Part shown: positions 48,773 to 61,174 of the stretch, one piece after another
How positions within the stretch are numbered: the first letter of the stretch is position 1
Layout of the letters: each line of letters opens with the position of its first letter
Source of the DNA: Arenicellales bacterium
Lineage (GTDB): Bacteria; Pseudomonadota; Gammaproteobacteria; Arenicellales; Poriferihabitantaceae
Direction of reading: 5' to 3'
Length of the DNA stretch: 64,000 nucleotides
NCBI GenBank assembly: GCA_963665165.1
Contig: OY761989.1
Coordinates: forward strand, 1,519,734-1,583,733
Program-made: the position numbers and the translations under genes
The notes under the pieces: generated by a model
What the model saw: only the letters and a program-made list of their open reading frames with translations
Told to the model about the DNA's origin: nothing
The model's database searches: none

Positions 48773-48973
48773 TTTGACAGTTCAGTTATATGTGGTAGAA
48801 ATAGCGGGGATGCCCGGTCTCGAACATCAGCGGATTCTAGTGGACAATCGGAAATTAATCCATTCGACCGGAGCAATCATCGTAAAACGGGGCCGGTCAT
48901 TCAACGCAGATCCTGCCCTTGACCCTGACCGGGGGCAGGAATCCGGATATCAACCGTACAGGCGGAAAACCCG

Positions 48974-49810
48974 ATGAATAAAAACAACCCGGTTCTGATC
49001 ACCGGCTGTTCGACCGGCATTGGCCGTTGTCTGGCTTTGGGTTTGCATGCCCGGGACTACCATGTCATAGCCAGTTGCCGCAACCCGGACGACCTGTCCG
49101 GTCTGGTTGAATCCGGCCTGGACGCGGTTGCGCTGGATCTGGATGATTCCGACTCCATCGGGGATGGCCTTGCCAAAACCCTCGAACTGACGGGCGGCAA
49201 ACTGTTCGGACTGATCAATAATGGCGCTTACGGACAACCGGGCGCGGTTGAGGATCTGACCCGGGCCAGTTTGCAGGCCCAGTTTGAAACCAATGTTTTC
49301 GGAACCCAGGAACTTACCAACCGGGTGATCCCGATCATGCGGCAAGGCAATACAGGGCGGATCATACAGATCAGTTCGGTCCTCGGCTTTGTCTGCCTGA
49401 AATACCGTGGCGCTTACAACGCCAGCAAGTATGCCCTGGAAGGGTTGACCGACACCATGCGCCTGGAACTGGCCGGTTCCGGGATTGAACTGAGCCTGAT
49501 CGAACCCGGTCCGATCACCAGCGAATTCAGGGTCAATTCCCTGCGGAAATTCATCGAACTGATCGAACACATTGATCGAAGCCGCAGCGCCCACCAGGCA
49601 GAATACCAGGAACTGGAAAAACGCCTGAAGAGTGACCACCCGACCCGTTATACGTTGCCGCCCGAAGCGGTACTGGAAGCCACCGTCCAGGCGCTGGAAA
49701 GTCCCCGCCCCAGGATCAGGTACCGGGTAACGACACCGACCAAAGTGCTGGCGCTACTGAAGCGCGTCCTGACCGACCGGATGCTGGACAACTACCTGCT
49801 CAAACGCTGA
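48974..49810 (+). CDS. Short-chain dehydrogenase/reductase
   Basis: TGCSTGIGR cofactor motif and catalytic YNASK. Confidence 0.85.
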   Translation: MNKNNPVLITGCSTGIGRCLALGLHARDYHVIASCRNPDDLSGLVESGLDAVALDLDDSDSIGDGLAKTLELTGGKLFGLINNGAYGQPGAVEDLTRASLQAQFETNVFGTQELTNRVIPIMRQGNTGRIIQISSVLGFVCLKYRGAYNASKYALEGLTDTMRLELAGSGIELSLIEPGPITSEFRVNSLRKFIELIEHIDRSRSAHQAEYQELEKRLKSDHPTRYTLPPEAVLEATVQALESPRPRIRYRVTTPTKVLALLKRVLTDRMLDNYLLKR

Positions 49811-49824
49811 TCGGTCGAACCCGG

Positions 49825-50310
49825 TTACAGCAGCGCCAGGATGGTTTCGGCGTCGCTCACTTCAAGCGCCGGGCCGGATGACTCGACATTCAGGTGAGTG
49901 ACCACCCCGTCCTCGGCAATCAGCGCATAGCGCTGCGAGCGAATGCCGAAGTTGCGGGCGGTCAGGTCCAGTTCCATACCCAACGCTTCAGTCAATGAGG
50001 CGCTTCCGTCCGCCAGCATCAGAATATGATCCCCGGCGTTTTGCGCCTTACCCCATGCGTCCATCACAAAGGCATCATTCACGGACAGGCAGGCGACTGT
50101 ATCCACGCCTTTCGCCTGGATCGCGTCGTGGTGGACCACATATCCCGGCAAGTGGGCATTGGAACAGGTCGGCGTAAACGCCCCCGGCAACGCGAACAGG
50201 ACCACTTTCCTGCCGGCGAAAATCTCATCGGTCGTGATGTCTTTCGGGCCGTCAGCGGTCATCGTGGAAAGCGATACATTGGGAATCCGGTCCCCGATTT
50301 TTATGGTCAT
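49825..50310 (-). CDS. Peroxiredoxin (Prx5 subfamily)
   Basis: LPGAFTPTCS peroxidatic cysteine motif. The ATG at 50310 (MTIKIGDRIP) is preferred over the ORF-track start at 50346. Confidence 0.85.
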   Translation of the reverse strand: MTIKIGDRIPNVSLSTMTADGPKDITTDEIFAGRKVVLFALPGAFTPTCSNAHLPGYVVHHDAIQAKGVDTVACLSVNDAFVMDAWGKAQNAGDHILMLADGSASLTEALGMELDLTARNFGIRSQRYALIAEDGVVTHLNVESSGPALEVSDAETILALL

Positions 50311-50459
50311 GGAAAGCGCCTCATCAAGTTGTGAATGAATAATCATCGCGTGTTACGCGATTGCACGGGAATTATACACATCATCATCCATTTTGCCCTG
50401 CCCGGTGGAGGAAACAGGCGCTTCCAACCGCAAGGCGGATACCGGAGATACCGTAAAAG

Positions 50460-51326
50460 TCACAGCAGCCACCACAGTACGATTGACAGTATGCCGACGG
50501 ACATCGTATTTGAAATCAGGACGATGGAGGCCACCACTTCCGGCTGCTGGTTGTATTGTTCCGAAAACAGGAAATTCAGCACCGCCGGCGGCAATGCGGA
50601 AAACAGGATCAGAATCCCGATCTGGAACGGAGTCAGGGGCAGTATCCAGGCTGCGACGGCGGCAAACACAAGCCCCGACAACGGACAGAGCAGGCCGGCT
50701 ACCACTCCGATTTTCCAGTGTTCCATCTGCGTCTTTCGCATCCGTACGCCCAGGGAAAAAAGCATCAGCGGAATCCCGACCTGGCCGAGCATGGTGATTG
50801 GAAACTGTATGACCTCGGGAAGCCTGGTCCCGGTGAAATTGAACACGAGCGCCAGCAGGGTCGCGATATTGACCGCGTTCCCAAGCAGGTTCTTCCACGA
50901 CACCGCCCCTCCGAACAGATAGACGCCAAACGTGAAATGCCCCAGGTTGCTGACCAGAAACAATATGATTGCGGCTTCCAGCCCCTGCTCGCCAAACGCC
51001 AGGACGGCTACCGGCAATCCCAGATTCCCGCAGTTGTTGAACATCATGCTCGGCACGAACGCGCGACCGGGATATTTCAGCATCCGTCCCACCGGCCAGG
51101 CAATCAGCCCCGATCCGAGAATAACCAGAATCCCGCCGACGATCAACCAGCGGTAGGTGACAATCGCAAACTCCCCGCCCGCCACGACATCGAATATCAA
51201 CGCCGGCAGGAACACCCGCAAAACGAGTCCGTTCGCCACCCCCATATCGGGCTCGAACCTGCGGGCATACAGGAAGCCGAGCAGTACGATGAAAACGACG
51301 GGAAACAGAATCGAGATAATTTCCAA
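50460..51326 (-). CDS. AEC (auxin efflux carrier) family transporter
   Basis: 288-aa polytopic membrane protein with a family-typical N-terminus, MEIISILFPVVFIVLLGF. Confidence 0.7.
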   Translation of the reverse strand: MEIISILFPVVFIVLLGFLYARRFEPDMGVANGLVLRVFLPALIFDVVAGGEFAIVTYRWLIVGGILVILGSGLIAWPVGRMLKYPGRAFVPSMMFNNCGNLGLPVAVLAFGEQGLEAAIILFLVSNLGHFTFGVYLFGGAVSWKNLLGNAVNIATLLALVFNFTGTRLPEVIQFPITMLGQVGIPLMLFSLGVRMRKTQMEHWKIGVVAGLLCPLSGLVFAAVAAWILPLTPFQIGILILFSALPPAVLNFLFSEQYNQQPEVVASIVLISNTMSVGILSIVLWWLL

Positions 51327-51357
51327 CAGGGTCTCCGGACGTATCGGGACAGGAACC

Positions 51358-52008
51358 CTACCGATAAATCTCCAATTGGCGGATTATATTCTGCCTTGCC
51401 CGGTTTTCCAGACGGGTATTGAAATATTCCGTATAAAAAATGCGGCTCCGGTTCATGAGCCGGTTCATGAATTCAATCTGCCCGCAAACAAACATCTCGT
51501 CATCCAATTGATGGTTTTCCTCTCTTATTTTTTGCCCGTCCGCGGCAAATCCCTCCCAGTGCTGTCCAAGACCGCTCAAGTCGATATCCACCATGTACAG
51601 GGAACAGGGGTCGGCTGGCATTTCCTGGTGGGTGGTATACAAAATACAACGGTTAACCGCGCGGATGATATCCGGATTCAGCCGGCCGGACGCCAGGGAG
51701 GAAAACCAGCGGGCGCTTTCGGCCTCATTATCGCTGGCCGCGATTTCATAAATGGCGTCATGGAACCAGATCGACAACTCGATAATATCCCGGCTGGTTT
51801 GCGTAAGGGCGGTATTGATCGAATCGAATTCTGCCAGGCAATGGCGGATGTGGTCGCCGTTATGGTAGACACGATGGGATTCATCGTACCGGTCTTCCAG
51901 CGCCCGGAATATCCCAGGGCATGCGGGGTCATCAGGCTCAGCGCATCGTTTCCAGAGAGCGGCGAAGCGGTCAGCTTTCATATCCGGCGATTCCTGTGTA
52001 TGGGTCAA
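51358..52008 (-). CDS. HD-superfamily predicted phosphohydrolase (COG4339-like)
   Basis: YHNGDHIRH and WFHDAIY motifs. Confidence 0.6.
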   Translation of the reverse strand: MTHTQESPDMKADRFAALWKRCAEPDDPACPGIFRALEDRYDESHRVYHNGDHIRHCLAEFDSINTALTQTSRDIIELSIWFHDAIYEIAASDNEAESARWFSSLASGRLNPDIIRAVNRCILYTTHQEMPADPCSLYMVDIDLSGLGQHWEGFAADGQKIREENHQLDDEMFVCGQIEFMNRLMNRSRIFYTEYFNTRLENRARQNIIRQLEIYR

Positions 52009-52017
52009 TACCGGGGG

Positions 52018-52407
52018 TCAATGCCAGCACACAACCTCGATTTTATTGCCATCGGGGTCTTTTATGAATGCGGCATAATATCCTTTTCCGTATTCGGTTC
52101 TGTAACCCGGTTCGCCGTCAGGTTCAGCCCCGTTGCGAATCGCCGCCTGCCAGAACCGGTCCACCTGCCCGGTTGAAACCGCCCTGAAGGCAGTATGGAC
52201 ACCGTTCCCGGGCGTCGCGTCCGCATTATCGAGCGGTGTATTGATCCAGAATTCATAATCGTCTCCATAGGCAATCGCCTGTCCCGGGATTTCATGTTTC
52301 CGGTAAATACCGATCGCAGACAAGACATGATCATAGAACTCACCCGCAGCATTCAAATCGTTCACGCCCATGGATACATGGTCAATCATGGTTTTCATCG
52401 GATCCAC
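52018..52407 (-). CDS. VOC/glyoxalase family protein
   Basis: 129 aa with MIDHVSMGVNDL at the N-terminus and DPDGNKIEVV at the C-terminus. Confidence 0.8.
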   Translation of the reverse strand: MDPMKTMIDHVSMGVNDLNAAGEFYDHVLSAIGIYRKHEIPGQAIAYGDDYEFWINTPLDNADATPGNGVHTAFRAVSTGQVDRFWQAAIRNGAEPDGEPGYRTEYGKGYYAAFIKDPDGNKIEVVCWH

Positions 52408-52426
52408 CCATACTCACTGGCCATAC

Positions 52427-53035
52427 TCACTGGAGGAAATCCACCCGGCCGGTGACGAGATCGTATTCAGCGCCTACCAGCATGAGCCTGCCCGCTTCGA
52501 TGAGCTGCCCGAGCAGTTCCGAGCCTTGGGCGAGAGCAGCCACCTGGGCCCGGACATTGGCCCTCACCGCTTGTCGAACCAGCGTATCGTGATCGGCATG
52601 CACAGCCGTGTCCGGCAGCGACTGCACTGCCGGGCGGATGCGGTCCAGGATGGCATCCAGGTTTCCGGAACCGTTTTCGGGAAAGTGGCCAGGTTTTTTC
52701 AGCGCCGCCTGAATGGCGCCGCACCGGGTGTGTCCCAGCACCACCACCAGCCCGATGCCGAACATGCCGACGGCGAACTCCACGCTGCCCACCTGGGACG
52801 GCGCCGCCACGTTGCCCGCTACACGAATGACGAAGAGGTCGCCAAGCCCCTGATCGAACACCAACTCCACGGGCGCCCGTGAATCGGAACAGCCAAGGAT
52901 GATGGCGAACGGGGTCTGGCCATCAACGAGCCGGGCGCGCAGGCGCCAACCGATAGCGCCGCTCCGCCGCCGACCGGCGACGAAACGCCGGTTCCCTTCC
53001 TTCAGTCGTTCGATTGCTTCCAGAGCGGTGGTCAT
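52427..53035 (-). CDS. Beta-class carbonic anhydrase
   Basis: CSDSR and HTRCGA zinc-ligand motifs. The ATG at 53035 is chosen because the ORF-track start at 53107 overlaps greA. Confidence 0.88.
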   Translation of the reverse strand: MTTALEAIERLKEGNRRFVAGRRRSGAIGWRLRARLVDGQTPFAIILGCSDSRAPVELVFDQGLGDLFVIRVAGNVAAPSQVGSVEFAVGMFGIGLVVVLGHTRCGAIQAALKKPGHFPENGSGNLDAILDRIRPAVQSLPDTAVHADHDTLVRQAVRANVRAQVAALAQGSELLGQLIEAGRLMLVGAEYDLVTGRVDFLQ

Positions 53036-53036
53036 C

Positions 53037-53516
53037 CTACTGGTAACTGACCCCCAGAATTTCGTAAATTCTTTTGCCGCCGGGCGCGGCAACCTCGATT
53101 TCGTCACCGGTATTCTTGCCCAGAAGTGACCTGCCGATCGGGGAACTGATCGAAATTCTTCCCTGGCTCAGGTCGGCTTCAAGATTTCCGACCAACTGGT
53201 AGGTGACTGATTGGTCTTCATCGACATCGTAAAGATCGACATAAGCGCCAAATACCACCCGGTCTTCGCGGCCGATTTTCACCGGGTCGATGACCTCTGC
53301 GATGGAAAGACTCGATTCGAGTTCGGCAATCCGGCCTTCGATAAAACCCTGTTGCTCCTTCGCGGCATCGTATTCGGCGTTTTCGGAAAGGTCGCCATGG
53401 GATCGGGCTTCCGCAATAGCGGCTATGATTCTCGGCCGATCGACACTCTTCAGTTTTTTCAGTTCCTCACGCAGGGCCTCGGCGCCCTTGCGGGTCAATA
53501 CTACTCTTTTACTCAT
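53037..53516 (-). CDS. greA: Transcription elongation factor GreA
   Basis: [17 protein letters not shown]...[18 protein letters not shown]. The ATG at 53516 is preferred. Confidence 0.93.
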   Translation of the reverse strand: MSKRVVLTRKGAEALREELKKLKSVDRPRIIAAIAEARSHGDLSENAEYDAAKEQQGFIEGRIAELESSLSIAEVIDPVKIGREDRVVFGAYVDLYDVDEDQSVTYQLVGNLEADLSQGRISISSPIGRSLLGKNTGDEIEVAAPGGKRIYEILGVSYQ

Positions 53517-56500
53517 ACGGAATCCGGACAAGTTGTTCATGCAACGCCTGCAACTGGTTGACAGTAATCGTGCCGGCGTATCGATGAGCTTCGGCGGAAG
53601 CCCTGGCCGCCGCCAGGGTCGTGTAATACGTCACCTTGTGCAGTAATGCCTGTCGACGAATTGTATAGGAATCTTTCAGGCTCTGCTTGCCGGATGTGGT
53701 ATTGACGATCAGGTCGAATTCATGATTCTTGATCATGTCTACGACATGGGGCCGGCCTTCAATGACCTTGTTGACCAGCCTGACCGGAATACCCGCCTCC
53801 CGGATCACGTTGCCGGTCCCTTCAGTGGCCAGGATTTCAAACCCGGCGTTGTAAAAATACCGGACAATCGGCACGGCTTCGCGCTGGTCTTCCTTGCGCA
53901 GGCTGAACATGATCCTGCCGGATCCGGGGATGCTGTATCCCGCCGCGTTCTGGGATTTCTCGAAGGCTTCACCAAAGCTGTCGCCAATGCCCATCACCTC
54001 ACCGGTACTTTTCATTTCCGGGCCGAGCACCGTGTCCACCCCCGGAAATTTGATGAACGGGAATACCGCTTCCTTGACCGAGTAGAAACCCGGCGCCTGT
54101 TCACCCACGATACCCTGTTCGGCCAGGGAGCGCCCGGCCATGCAGCGTGAGGCAATCCGGGCCAGCGGCCTGGCGGTCGCCTTGGAGACGAACGGCACCG
54201 TTCTCGATGCCCTGGGATTGACTTCGAGAACGTAAATCCGATCGTCCTTGACCGCAAACTGCACATTCATCAAGCCGACCACATTCAGCGCCAGCGCCAG
54301 CGCGCGGGTCTGTGTCTTCAGTTCCTCCTGCAGGTTGCGGGACAGGCTGTACGGCGGCAGCGAGCAGGCGGAATCACCCGAATGGACTCCGGCCGCCTCG
54401 ATATGCTCCATGATGCCGCCAATCACGACCTGTTCGCCGTCGCTGACCGCGTCCACGTCCACCTCGACGGCGTCATTCAGGAACCGGTCCAGCAAAATCG
54501 GCGAATCGAACGAGGTTCCGGCTGTGGAATGCAGGTAGGTATCGAGATCCTGCGCATTGTAGACGATTTCCATGCCCCTTCCACCCAGAACATAGGACGG
54601 GCGGACAACCAGCGGATAACCGATAACCGAAGCCAGGTCAAGCGCTTCATGCCGACTGGTCGCGGTCCGGTTCGGTGGTTGCAGCAAGTCCAGGTCAGCC
54701 AGCAGTTTCTGAAAGAACGCCCGGTCCTCCGCATGATGAATCGAGGCCGGTGTCGTGCCGATAATCGGAGTTCCCGCCTTTTCAAGATCGCGAGCCAGCT
54801 TCAGCGGAGTTTGACCGCCAAACTGGACAATAACCCCAAGCGGCTTTTCTATCCGGACAATCTCAAGCACATCTTCCAGAGTCAGCGATTCGAAATACAA
54901 CCGGTCGGACGTGTCATAGTCGGTGGATACGGTTTCCGGATTGCAATTCACCATGATCGTTTCGTATCCATCCTCACTGAGCGCCATTGAGGCATGCACG
55001 CAGCAATAGTCGAACTCGATTCCCTGCCCGATCCGGTTGGGTCCGCCGCCGAGCACGATTATTTTCTTTTTTCCGGTCGGGTTGGCTTCACATTCCTCTT
55101 CGTAAGTCGAGTACAGATACGCCGTGGCGGTATTGAATTCGGCGGCGCAGGAATCGACTCGTTTGAATACCGGATGAATCGCATGACCGTACCGATAGTC
55201 CCTGACCTGCCGCTCATCGAGCTTCATCAACTTCGCGATACGGCAGTCCGAAAACCCTTTTGCCTTCCAGCCTCTCATGATGGCGGGAGAAAGACCGGTC
55301 AATTCCGACCCGGCAATCCCTTTCTCGGTTTCCACCAGATCCTGGATCTGGGCCAGGAACCAATAATCAATCTTGCAGGTTTGATAGATTGTGTCGATGT
55401 TCATGCCGGCTCGAAAAGCCTCGGCAAGATACCAGGGCCTCCTGGCGCCGGGGATTCTCAGCTTCGAGGTCAGGTAATCGCGGGCGTTGCCGTTATCCGG
55501 CATCGTCTGGTCATCCAGCCCGCTGCTGCCGATCTCCAGTCCCCGCAACGCCTTCTGGAATGATTCCTGAAAGGTTCGCCCGATTGCCATGACTTCACCC
55601 ACCGACTTCATTTGTGTGGTCAGGGTCGCATCCGCCTGCGGAAATTTCTCGAAATCGAACCGGGGAATCTTGGTCACGACATAATCGATGCTCGGCTCAA
55701 ACGAGGCTGGCGTCGCGCCATCGGTAATTTCATTCCTTAATTCATTCAGGGTCAATCCGACCGCAAGCCTGGCCGCCACCTTGGCAATCGGGAAACCGGT
55801 GGCCTTGGACGCCAGCGCCGAAGACCGTGACACCCTGGGATTCATTTCAATGATTATCATCCGGCCATTATCGGGGTTGATTGCGAACTGGACGTTCGAA
55901 CCTCCCGTATCCACTCCGATCTCCCGCAACACAGCGATACTGGCGTCCCGCATGATCTGGTATTCCTTGTCGGTCAGTGTCTGCGCCGGCGCGACCGTGA
56001 TGGAATCGCCGGTATGTACGCCCATCGGGTCCAGATTCTCGATTGCGCAAACAATAATGCAGTTGTCATTCCGATCCCGAACCACTTCCATTTCATATTC
56101 CTTCCAACCGATGATGCTTTCCTCGATCAGAAGCTCACTGGTCGGCGATGCGTCCAGGCCCCGATTGCAGATTTCATCGAACTCATCCATGTTGTAAGCA
56201 ATCCCTCCGCCGCTGCCGCCCAGGGTGAACGAAGGTCTGACAATCACCGGGAAACCGATTTTCCCGACAATCCTGTGGGCGTCCGCCAGGGAATGCGCCA
56301 GGTCACCGTTTGCAGTATCCAGATTGATCGCCGCCATGGCCTGGCGGAATTGCTCCCTGTCTTCCGCCTTGTCTATCGCTTCACGGGTCGCTCCGATCAT
56401 TTCAACATGGAACTGTTCCAGCACGCCATGCCGATTCAGGTCCAGGGCGCAATTCAGCCCGGTTTGCCCTCCCATGGTGGGCAGGATCGCGTCCGGCCTT

Positions 56501-56742
56501 TCCGCCTCGATGATTTTGGATACGGTCTCCCACCGGATCGGTTCTATATAGGTCGCATCGGCAAAACCCGGATCCGTCATAATGGTGGCGGGATTCGAGT
56601 TGACCAGTATGACCCGGTAACCCTCCTGCTTGAGCGCCTTGCACGCCTGAACCCCTGAATAATCGAATTCACAGGCCTGACCGATAATAATCGGCCCCGC
56701 TCCGATAATGAGAATGGATTCAATGTCCTCCCTTTTAGGCAT
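53509..56742 (-). CDS. carB: Carbamoyl-phosphate synthase large subunit
   Basis: 1077 aa with [30 protein letters not shown] and duplicated ATP-grasp halves. Confidence 0.96.
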   Translation of the reverse strand: MPKREDIESILIIGAGPIIIGQACEFDYSGVQACKALKQEGYRVILVNSNPATIMTDPGFADATYIEPIRWETVSKIIEAERPDAILPTMGGQTGLNCALDLNRHGVLEQFHVEMIGATREAIDKAEDREQFRQAMAAINLDTANGDLAHSLADAHRIVGKIGFPVIVRPSFTLGGSGGGIAYNMDEFDEICNRGLDASPTSELLIEESIIGWKEYEMEVVRDRNDNCIIVCAIENLDPMGVHTGDSITVAPAQTLTDKEYQIMRDASIAVLREIGVDTGGSNVQFAINPDNGRMIIIEMNPRVSRSSALASKATGFPIAKVAARLAVGLTLNELRNEITDGATPASFEPSIDYVVTKIPRFDFEKFPQADATLTTQMKSVGEVMAIGRTFQESFQKALRGLEIGSSGLDDQTMPDNGNARDYLTSKLRIPGARRPWYLAEAFRAGMNIDTIYQTCKIDYWFLAQIQDLVETEKGIAGSELTGLSPAIMRGWKAKGFSDCRIAKLMKLDERQVRDYRYGHAIHPVFKRVDSCAAEFNTATAYLYSTYEEECEANPTGKKKIIVLGGGPNRIGQGIEFDYCCVHASMALSEDGYETIMVNCNPETVSTDYDTSDRLYFESLTLEDVLEIVRIEKPLGVIVQFGGQTPLKLARDLEKAGTPIIGTTPASIHHAEDRAFFQKLLADLDLLQPPNRTATSRHEALDLASVIGYPLVVRPSYVLGGRGMEIVYNAQDLDTYLHSTAGTSFDSPILLDRFLNDAVEVDVDAVSDGEQVVIGGIMEHIEAAGVHSGDSACSLPPYSLSRNLQEELKTQTRALALALNVVGLMNVQFAVKDDRIYVLEVNPRASRTVPFVSKATARPLARIASRCMAGRSLAEQGIVGEQAPGFYSVKEAVFPFIKFPGVDTVLGPEMKSTGEVMGIGDSFGEAFEKSQNAAGYSIPGSGRIMFSLRKEDQREAVPIVRYFYNAGFEILATEGTGNVIREAGIPVRLVNKVIEGRPHVVDMIKNHEFDLIVNTTSGKQSLKDSYTIRRQALLHKVTYYTTLAAARASAEAHRYAGTITVNQLQALHEQLVRIPYE

Positions 56743-57880
56743 CGGACTTCCACGGCTGGCCTGTTTCCATCATCCGGATGAAACGGTCGAATAAATAACC
56801 GATATCCTTCGGTCCGGGGCTGGCTTCGGGATGTCCCTGGAATGAGAAGGCGGGAACATCAAGACGTTCGACCCCCTGTATCGTGTGATCGAACAAGGAG
56901 CGATGAGTGACCCGAATATGGTCTCCCAGTGATTCCGGTTCCACGGTAAACCCATGGTTCTGGCTGGTGATCAGGACCTGGCCGGTATCGAGATCCTGCA
57001 CCGGATGATTTGCGCCATGGTGGCCGAATTTCATTTTTTCGGTTTTCGCGCCGCTCGCCAGGCACAGCAACTGATGCCCCAGGCAGATCCCGAATACGGG
57101 AACACCGGCATCCAGGATATGGGCGACCGCGTTTACCGCGTAATCACAGGGTTCGGGGTCGCCGGGGCCATTGGACAGAAACACGCCGTCGGGATTCATT
57201 GCCAACACCTCTGTGGCTGTGGCAGTTGCCGGAACCACCGTGACATCGCATCCCCGCCCGGCCAGTAGCCGCATGATGTTGTGTTTGATGCCGAAATCGA
57301 AAGCGACCACTGAGTATACGGATCGTCCTGCCGCCTGATAACCCGATTCCAGGTTCCATATCCCGTCATCCCATTTATAAATCCGGTCTGTTGTCACGAC
57401 CGACGCCAGGTCCATGCCGGCAAGGCCGGGGAACGACCGGGCAGCGGCCAGCGCACCCGCCTCGTCCGGGGATTCCTGTGCGCTGATACAACCGCGTTGA
57501 GCGCCCTGGTCGCGCAGGATACGGGTCAACTTCCGGGTATCGATTTCGCTGATTGCCACCACCCCCCGGCGTTTCAGGTAACCAGGCAGGGATTCCGTGG
57601 AGCGCCAGTTACTATACCGGCCGGGCACATTTTTCACGATCAGCCCGGAACAGAAGATTCTGCCGGATTCCACATCCTCGGAGTTGGCGCCGACATTACC
57701 GATATGGGGATAAGTCAGTGTGACCAGTTGCCGGGCATAAGAAGGGTCTGTCAGAATTTCCTGATAGCCGGTCATCGAGGTATTGAAAACAACTTCCCCG
57801 GCGCTCAGGCCATTGGCGCCGATTGATTTGCCATGGAACGAACTGCCGTCTTCAAGAACCAGCAGAGCAGGTGTGTTCAA
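56735..57880 (-). CDS. carA: Carbamoyl-phosphate synthase small subunit
   Basis: A glutamine amidotransferase domain with GICLGHQ, overlapping the carB start. Confidence 0.95.
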   Translation of the reverse strand: MNTPALLVLEDGSSFHGKSIGANGLSAGEVVFNTSMTGYQEILTDPSYARQLVTLTYPHIGNVGANSEDVESGRIFCSGLIVKNVPGRYSNWRSTESLPGYLKRRGVVAISEIDTRKLTRILRDQGAQRGCISAQESPDEAGALAAARSFPGLAGMDLASVVTTDRIYKWDDGIWNLESGYQAAGRSVYSVVAFDFGIKHNIMRLLAGRGCDVTVVPATATATEVLAMNPDGVFLSNGPGDPEPCDYAVNAVAHILDAGVPVFGICLGHQLLCLASGAKTEKMKFGHHGANHPVQDLDTGQVLITSQNHGFTVEPESLGDHIRVTHRSLFDHTIQGVERLDVPAFSFQGHPEASPGPKDIGYLFDRFIRMMETGQPWKSDA

Positions 57881-57928
57881 TAAAACCCCCAGTTAATCCT
57901 CAAACATCCCGGACCCGAAAAACACACC

Positions 57929-57961
57929 TAAAAAAAGGGAGAAACCGGGCGGTTTCCCCCT
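57929..57961 (-). terminator. Rho-independent terminator between dapB and carA
   Basis: The minus strand reads GGGGGAAACCG..CGGTTTCTCCC followed by TTTTTTT, about 50 nt after the dapB stop. Confidence 0.8.
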
Positions 57962-58011
57962 GTTCCATCGGGTCAATGAACCACGTATTCTACCGGCTGA
58001 ACGAATTTCAA

Positions 58012-58809
58012 TCAATCCAGATCAAGCACATCCTGCATACTGTAGAAGCCCTTTTTCTGTTGCGCCAGCCAGACCGTGGCACGCACCGCCCCGCGTGCGA
58101 AAATCTTCCGGTCGGTTGCCCGATGGGTGATCTCGATACGCTCGCTGTCACCGATGAACAGGACGGTATGTTCGCCAGCGATATCACCGCCTCGAATCGT
58201 AGAGAAACCGATGGTGCCGGATTCGCGCTCGCCGGTTTGACCGTGCCGGACAAATGTGCCGCAACCCGGGAAGTCCCGGTCCAGCGCATGCGCCGCCGCC
58301 CTGCCAAGCAACAGCGCGGTTCCCGATGGCGCGTCTGCCTTGTGGCGATGATGGGCTTCAACCACTTCAATATCCGCAACGTCACCGACCACCTTGCTGG
58401 CCATTTCGACCAGAGCCACACACAGGTTGATGCCGACACTGGTATTGGCGGCCAAAAGCGTCGGTATTGAATCGGCCGCCTGGACGACCCTTTGATTTTG
58501 CGTCGGATCCAGCCCGGTCGTACCGATCAGGATTGCCGCATTGGATGATTCGCAGATATCGAGGTGGTCCACTACCGCGGCCGGACTCGAGAAATCGATC
58601 ATCACATCGAATTCGGGATTTTCAATCCGGTCGGTGATCCGGACGCCCGGCTCAGGCAACCCGGCCACTTCCCCGATATGGCGGCCAACCGCGTCGCTGC
58701 CTGTCTTTTCAAGCGCGCCGACAACGGCCAGATCGTCTACCAGGTATAGTTCACGGGCAATCGCCGCTCCCATTCGACCGGCAGCCCCGGAGATGACGAT
58801 TTTCAGCAT
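58012..58809 (-). CDS. dapB: 4-hydroxy-tetrahydrodipicolinate reductase
   Basis: KIVISGAAGRMG and EAHHRHKADAPSGTA. Confidence 0.93.
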   Translation of the reverse strand: MLKIVISGAAGRMGAAIARELYLVDDLAVVGALEKTGSDAVGRHIGEVAGLPEPGVRITDRIENPEFDVMIDFSSPAAVVDHLDICESSNAAILIGTTGLDPTQNQRVVQAADSIPTLLAANTSVGINLCVALVEMASKVVGDVADIEVVEAHHRHKADAPSGTALLLGRAAAHALDRDFPGCGTFVRHGQTGERESGTIGFSTIRGGDIAGEHTVLFIGDSERIEITHRATDRKIFARGAVRATVWLAQQKKGFYSMQDVLDLD

Positions 58810-58821
58810 TTTATACCCCCA

Positions 58822-60521
<1,700 letters not shown>

Positions 60522-60523
60522 GA

Positions 60524-61174
60524 CTATTCGGTGTTGTCGATGATGTCCACTCCGTCAGGAGGGACAAAATTGAAAACACTCTGTGAAATGGGTTCGTTTT
60601 CTTTCAGGTCAACAAAGCTGATCCGGGTTCTCTGGCCCAGGTTATCCAGCAATTCCATCAGCCTCAAACGGTTGTCTTCGAATCCGATCCGTATTTCCCG
60701 GAATTCGTTTTCCGGGTCTTTCGGGATCAGGTTGACCCAGTCGAATCGCCCCTGTGTCCCAATCTCTTCGAGCACATGGGTTTTTTCAATATCTCCGGAC
60801 TCGGACAGCAGCAGGGCCGGAGAGCTGCCCAATGCCCGGGTCTGGCTTTGCACCGTGACCTGCTCGAGTTCAATGTCATAGACCCACACGTTTTCGCCGT
60901 CACCGACAATTTCCTGGGCTTCGGGAAGTTCGTAGTTCCATCGAAACAGTCCCGGCCGGCTGACCCACACCGTGCCCTGGCCGTCATTGATTTCGGTTAA
61001 CGATTCATCCAGGACAACCTGGCCGAATCGGGCCTTGAACGACTGGATTTCATCGAAGAAATAGTTCAATGAATCGACGCCGGGACCGGCTGTGGAGCTG
61101 GTCGTCAGCAACACGGACAACGCGATTCCCGACAGCAGGTTCAGTATCGGTTTTTTCATGGTTTTCCGATTCAC
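60524..61174 (-). CDS. lolA: Outer-membrane lipoprotein carrier LolA
   Basis: A signal peptide, a ...F.Q... beta-barrel pattern, and a position downstream of ftsK as in many Proteobacteria. Confidence 0.85.
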   Translation of the reverse strand: MNRKTMKKPILNLLSGIALSVLLTTSSTAGPGVDSLNYFFDEIQSFKARFGQVVLDESLTEINDGQGTVWVSRPGLFRWNYELPEAQEIVGDGENVWVYDIELEQVTVQSQTRALGSSPALLLSESGDIEKTHVLEEIGTQGRFDWVNLIPKDPENEFREIRIGFEDNRLRLMELLDNLGQRTRISFVDLKENEPISQSVFNFVPPDGVDIIDNTE